64,000 nucleotides of DNA, taken from the IMG/VR virus record IMGVR_UViG_3300028048_003198, positions 5,903-69,902 of that record, one strand, 5' to 3'. This document shows positions 59,279 to 64,000 of the stretch, in pieces. The stretch comes from a virus (lineage: Duplodnaviria > Caudoviricetes). Within the stretch, counting starts at the first letter, position 1; each line of letters opens with the position of its first letter. The notes beneath the pieces are model-generated. The model worked only from the letters and a program-made list of their open reading frames with translations, did not search any database and had not been told where the DNA came from. The position numbers and the translations under genes were made by a program.

Positions 59279-60939
59279 GCGAGCATAACTCTTGTGAGGG
59301 AGGCTCCGCTTGCGGAATGCAAGCAAGTGAAACAGCGAGTCTAATTCCATCCGTCGCTCTCCCGTCCGGCAACGTGTGGACGGGTCTTCAGTACACCGTC
59401 AGCAGCGAGTATTACTTTAGTTTGGCAGATGGGAGTTGGAACCTCAACAGCAAGAACCGCAGTTACTACGTCGTTCCGGTTGAATCAGAAGAGTTAGAGA
59501 ATCTCATTTTTGGTGCAGAGGAGGATTGTTGGTCAAATAAACATACATCTTGGGATGCGGCAAAATATCACTACCACTACGGAATAAGGGTATGGATGTT
59601 TATCGCGATGATACTACAAGGCAAGTATGCACCATGGAAAAGCATCTGCTTTGTTATCCTGATCCCAAGGCCGCGAGAGGTGTTTGCGGCGCACTATCAA
59701 GATCGCATAGCGCACCATATCGTAGCACCATATATAGTCGCAGTTGCCACGGCTGCTCACGAAGCGAATGGCAATATGTCCTTTGGCAATAGAAAGGGAA
59801 TGTCTGCGTATCACGCTTGCCTGCGAATACAGAAGATGATGCGGAAACATCCTAACGGCTACGTAGCCTCGTGGGATATAAAGGGTTTCTTTATGTCTAT
59901 TGACAAAGAGAAAGTCTGGGAGGTGTTCTGTTATTTCGAGGCAAAGTATCGACCGAGCGGATTTCCGGAATGGCAGCGTTCATTATTCATGGAAATGATA
60001 CACACCATGATAATGCACGATCCTACGGTGAACTGCGAACGGCATAGCCCTATAGAGATGTGGGAGCTGTTTATCAAGCCTGAGAAGTCGATATTTGGTA
60101 AAGGCGATGTAGGAATGCCGATAGGTAATTACTACTCGCAACTGCTCGCAAATCTGTTCCTCGCATTCGTGTGCGAAAAGTTGCAAGGCAAGGATGTAAC
60201 AGAGTTCGTCGATGATTTTGCCGATGTAGAAGATACGCTTGATGAAATAAAGGAAACAGAGGCGATATTGCAGGAAGCGCTGACAGAGTTGAAACTGATT
60301 CTGCATCCGACGAAGAAATACATCCAGCCAGTACGTCACGGATTGCCTTGGTGCGGACACATGATCTTCGCTGACAGGATGTATCTCGACAATAGACCGA
60401 TACACAACTGCTTCTGGAAGATAGAGCATAGGTTTAGCGAGGTAACGCTGGCAAACGCAATCAAGTTGCAGCAAACGGTCAATTCGTACACGGGCGCGAT
60501 GTGCCACATACAAGAATGGAACACGCAGGTACGAGTGATGAACGCAGTATTCGATGCCGGGTATGGTAAGTATGTATATTTCAAGGAGAAGCCAAATCAC
60601 CTGATCTGCGAACTCAAGAAAGAGTATACGCCGGAAAGAAGATCAATGAGAGACTTTGAGGAGATAGACGAATTTTTGTTTAACACTAAATATAGAGTAA
60701 ATATGATTATTATGCCGATTAAAGCGGACTCTCCGCATTTTGAGAGAAAGGGTGGTAGATTCATCTATCGCTATGGCTATCAGCCTATCGCTGAAAGTGA
60801 TGGACGTGTACAGGCGTGCATCGAGGAGTTGCGTATCAGATTGAAAGAACCTGCTATACGCAAGAAGGTAACGGAGTATTGTGAACAAAACGGACTGGAA
60901 AATGAGTATAATCCTGCCGACTACGGTTTCTCCGAGTAA
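59275..60939 (+). CDS. DGR reverse transcriptase
   Basis: PRPREVFAAHYQDRIAHH, DIKGFFMSID, GMPIGNYYSQLLANLFL, FVDD. Confidence 0.92.
   Translation: MSEHNSCEGGSACGMQASETASLIPSVALPSGNVWTGLQYTVSSEYYFSLADGSWNLNSKNRSYYVVPVESEELENLIFGAEEDCWSNKHTSWDAAKYHYHYGIRVWMFIAMILQGKYAPWKSICFVILIPRPREVFAAHYQDRIAHHIVAPYIVAVATAAHEANGNMSFGNRKGMSAYHACLRIQKMMRKHPNGYVASWDIKGFFMSIDKEKVWEVFCYFEAKYRPSGFPEWQRSLFMEMIHTMIMHDPTVNCERHSPIEMWELFIKPEKSIFGKGDVGMPIGNYYSQLLANLFLAFVCEKLQGKDVTEFVDDFADVEDTLDEIKETEAILQEALTELKLILHPTKKYIQPVRHGLPWCGHMIFADRMYLDNRPIHNCFWKIEHRFSEVTLANAIKLQQTVNSYTGAMCHIQEWNTQVRVMNAVFDAGYGKYVYFKEKPNHLICELKKEYTPERRSMRDFEEIDEFLFNTKYRVNMIIMPIKADSPHFERKGGRFIYRYGYQPIAESDGRVQACIEELRIRLKEPAIRKKVTEYCEQNGLENEYNPADYGFSE
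59353..59481 (+). repeat. DGR repeat at the template (TR) position
   Basis: Second copy of the VR sequence, between avd and the RT core and in frame with RT. Confidence 0.85.
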
Positions 60940-61036
60940 AGTGGTATATCGTGAGCCCGGTCTGGTGATCTTCACGGATCAAGGCAGATTGATTGCTGAT
61001 TATAAGAAAGCAAAGTGTCCCACCATCTAAATTATA

Positions 61037-61693
61037 ATGAATATGAAAGATAATATGAGTAATCGTGATCTGTTAAAAATAGTAGGCAGCACGTTTGTAA
61101 TCGGTGTTTTTATCGTAGTGATGTTTTTGCTCAACAGCTGCAAGCCGCTTGAGTCCACATCGAGTACGAACACGAACCAGTCGCTGATCACCGAGCGATT
61201 TGACAGCGCTTTCGACATCGCCGGAGATAACGCTATGGCAAAACTGCTTATCCGCTGTGATAGTCTTGGCAATGCGCATTTGGAGAGTTTCGTTACTGAA
61301 CAGGGAAAACGCATCCGTCTTGAACTATCGCTGCGTGAAGCGCTGAACAGGATCGACAGCCTGCAGAAAGCCAACGCAGGCAAGGCTAACTCCGGACAGA
61401 CGAACACGCCGTACGTGGCGCCTCGGAACACCCCCTTACTGATCGACATCGAGTGCAAGGAGGATAGTTTTAAGCAGATCATCCGGTGCCAGCGTGAGCG
61501 TATCGCCTATTTCGAGGAGCGCGAGAAAGAGACGAAAGAGCCTGTCAAGTACATTCCTGATTTCTACCGGAACTGCACGATAGGTTTCTTTGTGTTGCTC
61601 GTAGTTGTAGTAGCAGCCGTTGCCTTGTATGCCTATAAGAACTGGGGCAATATCGCCGCCTGGGGTGTTAAGATTTTCGCTAAATTCTTTTAA
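61037..61693 (+). CDS. lipoprotein with C-terminal TM helix (candidate unimolecular spanin)
   Basis: Hydrophobic signal with FLLNSC lipobox; C-terminal TIGFFVLLVVVVAAVALYAY. Confidence 0.6.
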   Translation: MNMKDNMSNRDLLKIVGSTFVIGVFIVVMFLLNSCKPLESTSSTNTNQSLITERFDSAFDIAGDNAMAKLLIRCDSLGNAHLESFVTEQGKRIRLELSLREALNRIDSLQKANAGKANSGQTNTPYVAPRNTPLLIDIECKEDSFKQIIRCQRERIAYFEEREKETKEPVKYIPDFYRNCTIGFFVLLVVVVAAVALYAYKNWGNIAAWGVKIFAKFF

Positions 61694-61917
61694 TAGTATG
61701 GACCAAAAACGTGATGCGCATGGCCGCTTTGTAGCCACGAAACCGAATTATCAGGTGTTGTACGAGCAAGAGCACAAGGATCGTCTTGACTTGCTTCATC
61801 AAATCCAAGTAGTACGCAGACGCGAACAGTGGCTGCTGGGTGCAACCAATCTGCTTGTGCGCTGGAGATATCAGCGTAAGATCAATAACGGTGATTTCGA
61901 ACGATAGAGCAGAGCCT

Positions 61918-62250
61918 ATGGATATCGTAGTTGACCACAGCGAGAGATACGGTGTGGATATGTTCTGTCACGTGCCTCACGGTACATGTAGACTGACTAT
62001 ATCGCCACTTTGCCCGAGCGTACTTTGGGTGTCGTCCGTGACAGTAGATGAGGACCATCGCAAGCAGGGTATAGGAACGCATATGCTTAAAGAGATAGAA
62101 AAGGTTGCGGCCGACAAAGGTTGCAAAGTGATCTCTTTGCAGACGTGGGTTAATTCGTTTCAGCAGAAATGGTATGCCCGGCATGGCTACATTCCGGTAG
62201 CAGATGGTTACGATACAGATATGGTAATTATGAGCAAGATGGTAGGTTAA
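61918..62250 (+). CDS. GNAT-family acetyltransferase
   Basis: VTVDEDHRKQGIGTHML acetyl-CoA motif; WYARHGY. Confidence 0.85.
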   Translation: MDIVVDHSERYGVDMFCHVPHGTCRLTISPLCPSVLWVSSVTVDEDHRKQGIGTHMLKEIEKVAADKGCKVISLQTWVNSFQQKWYARHGYIPVADGYDTDMVIMSKMVG

Positions 62251-62272
62251 ACCCACCGAAATCGGTTAGTTT

Positions 62273-62665
62273 ATGGAAGAGATATTCAAGATAGACATCC
62301 CTTTGTATAGGGAACGCCTGCATGTTTTCTTCGGCTCTCGCGAAGAGTGTGCAGATGCTTTACGTGCAGATGGAATGGAGGAGTGGCGTATCAACTCATG
62401 GCTTGAGCACACGAAGAATTGCGATGGCTTGTACTCGCAGAACGATTGCTACCGCCTGTTGTGGGTATATCGCATTCCAGAATCAGTTGCCGAATATGTT
62501 GATCTCGTGCATGAGGTTGAACATGCTGCGTTCTATATGCTCAAAGACAAAGGACTGATCCACACCGAGGAAAGCGACGAAGCCTATGCGTATCTGATGG
62601 GATGGCTATACGGAGAGATTATGGTATTTATCAATTCAATATCGGAGAAAAATGAAAGACATTAA
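62273..62665 (+). CDS. hypothetical protein with HExxH motif
   Basis: LVHEVEHAAF...EESDEAYAY. Confidence 0.55.
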   Translation: MEEIFKIDIPLYRERLHVFFGSREECADALRADGMEEWRINSWLEHTKNCDGLYSQNDCYRLLWVYRIPESVAEYVDLVHEVEHAAFYMLKDKGLIHTEESDEAYAYLMGWLYGEIMVFINSISEKNERH

Positions 62666-63143
62666 AGAAATGACCCGCTTGGAGATCATAGCGGAGTTAA
62701 AGAAGTATTTCGTATTCAAGGAACTCGTTGATCCGTCTCTGGCCGAGAAGTACAAGGAGTTCAGTTGGAACTTTCTGCGCACGGAGTTGCTTGCCAACCT
62801 GCTTGCCAAGCGTGTGCTGATCTTCAAAGTGCCTATTACGGTAAACACGTACCATCGTAGTAACAGTAGCAAGGTGTTCACGCAGCGCGGCGTACGAAGC
62901 AACCTCACTCAAGAGATGCAAAAGTACATCAAGGCAGGCAAGTTGTACATGTCCGGGCACCAGTTGGGCGCAGCTTTGGATTACGACGTGCAAGGCTATA
63001 CGGCCGAAGAAGCGCGTAAGAAGATCATGGAGAATGCCGATCTGCTGCCATATCCCGAGCGTCTTGAGATGGATGTTACGTGGGTGCACAGCGATTGCTA
63101 TAACGATGGCTCGGAAGCCAAGGTAAAACTTTTCCATCCATAA
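62652..63143 (+). CDS. endolysin, peptidase M15-like
   Basis: RGVR...SGHQLGAALD...WVHSD zinc ligands. Confidence 0.82.
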   Translation: MKDIKEMTRLEIIAELKKYFVFKELVDPSLAEKYKEFSWNFLRTELLANLLAKRVLIFKVPITVNTYHRSNSSKVFTQRGVRSNLTQEMQKYIKAGKLYMSGHQLGAALDYDVQGYTAEEARKKIMENADLLPYPERLEMDVTWVHSDCYNDGSEAKVKLFHP

Positions 63144-63460
63144 TGGCAGAGAGTAAAGAGATAGCGAAGCAGGAAGAAGTTCCGCAATGCTGCGGCGCGT
63201 GCCAGAAATTCCTCTATGAGGATATGGATGGCTATGGTATCTGCGATATCACAGGCAAGCCGTGTCGTTGCAGCGATGGCGCTGATTGCAAGACGTATAT
63301 CCAGGAACACGAAGATAGCAGTTTGCACTGCTCGATGTGCGCTCTGTGGAATATGGGATTCGACAACTCGTGCATCATGCGCATGACGCGCTTCAATGAT
63401 CATACGAACCAAGCACCGGACCAACGTGCTTGCATCTGTTTCGAGAAAGAAGAGTTATGA
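63143..63460 (+). CDS. Cys-rich hypothetical protein
   Basis: Several CxxC motifs. Confidence 0.5.
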   Translation: MAESKEIAKQEEVPQCCGACQKFLYEDMDGYGICDITGKPCRCSDGADCKTYIQEHEDSSLHCSMCALWNMGFDNSCIMRMTRFNDHTNQAPDQRACICFEKEEL

Positions 63461-63547
63461 TAGGCGTTGAGAAAGCGACATCCATCTATGCCAAGTTATG
63501 TGCCGGGGAGCGCATAACGGCTACAGAGCGTGAAGAGTTAGAGGAAT

Positions 63548-64000
63548 ATGCAGATCGGTTCAAAAATAAGAATGTCGGCAGCGGAGTTCCGGGCGATGCA
63601 GAGTAAACCTGCCAAGCCGGAGGCATCGGAGCCAAAAGCACCTGCGCATCGTGAGCACAAGGAGTCATCGCTGCAGATTGCGTGTGTGAAATGGTTCCGT
63701 ATGCAATATCCGTGGCCGCGATATCTGATCTCAGCCACTCCGAACGGCGGTTTCCGTAACCGCATAGAAGCACAGATACTCATCGGAGAGGGCGTGTGGT
63801 CGGGAATGCCTGATCTGTACATACCGATGCCGAGGAAAGGCTATACGGCACTCTACATCGAAATGAAAGCAGGAAAGGCTGGTCGTGTCTCTCCTCACCA
63901 AAAGGAAACGATGGAATTCCTGACGCGAGAGGGTGCCAAGTGCATCGTATGCCGAGATATCGAAACTTTCGTGAAAGAGGTCAATGACTATTTGAGATAA
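63548..64000 (+). CDS. VRR-NUC domain nuclease
   Basis: ATPNGG, GVWSGMPDL, LYIEMK, SPHQK (PD-(D/E)xK). Confidence 0.85.
   Translation: MQIGSKIRMSAAEFRAMQSKPAKPEASEPKAPAHREHKESSLQIACVKWFRMQYPWPRYLISATPNGGFRNRIEAQILIGEGVWSGMPDLYIPMPRKGYTALYIEMKAGKAGRVSPHQKETMEFLTREGAKCIVCRDIETFVKEVNDYLR

Noticed and set aside
1-64000. Stop-codon reassignment, as seen in some gut phages
   Set aside because: Long genes are intact in the standard code and TAA, TAG and TGA all end plausible genes; no suppressor tRNA was seen
1-64000. Integrase, att site, invertase/shufflon or IS element
   Set aside because: No recombinase or transposase motifs or inverted-repeat-bounded segments were recognised, so lifestyle cannot be settled from this window

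Overview
The window is 64 kb of a tailed (siphovirus-like) phage or prophage of a Bacteroidales host, judged from TTTG-N19-20-TAnnTTTG promoters, a DUF4373 initiator, DUF4494 and BACON domains. Nearly all real genes are on the + strand. Order: recombination/replication (SSAP-like, MBL hydrolase, DEDDh exonuclease, initiator with internal iterons, helicase loader); C5 and N6 DNA methyltransferases; islands of small accessory genes; portal and a MuF toxin fusion; a tRNA-like RNA/amidoligase/ParB/saccharopine-dehydrogenase-like operon coupled to terminase; head and tail genes; holin; a DGR (target, Avd-like, TR, RT); spanin-like, endolysin and VRR-NUC genes. No integrase or repressor is recognisable. 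Most notable: (1) a non-coding regulatory layer made of a ~190-bp promoter cassette repeated five times, a shared translation-initiation motif on eight genes, two candidate sRNAs complementary to that motif, and a 17-bp palindromic operator on late promoters; (2) two divergent tRNA-Gly-like cloverleaves at the head of a possible DNA-modification operon; (3) a DGR whose template repeat looks as mutagenised as its variable repeat; (4) a methyltransferase frameshifted at a G9 tract. All product calls come from motif recognition by eye, not database searches.
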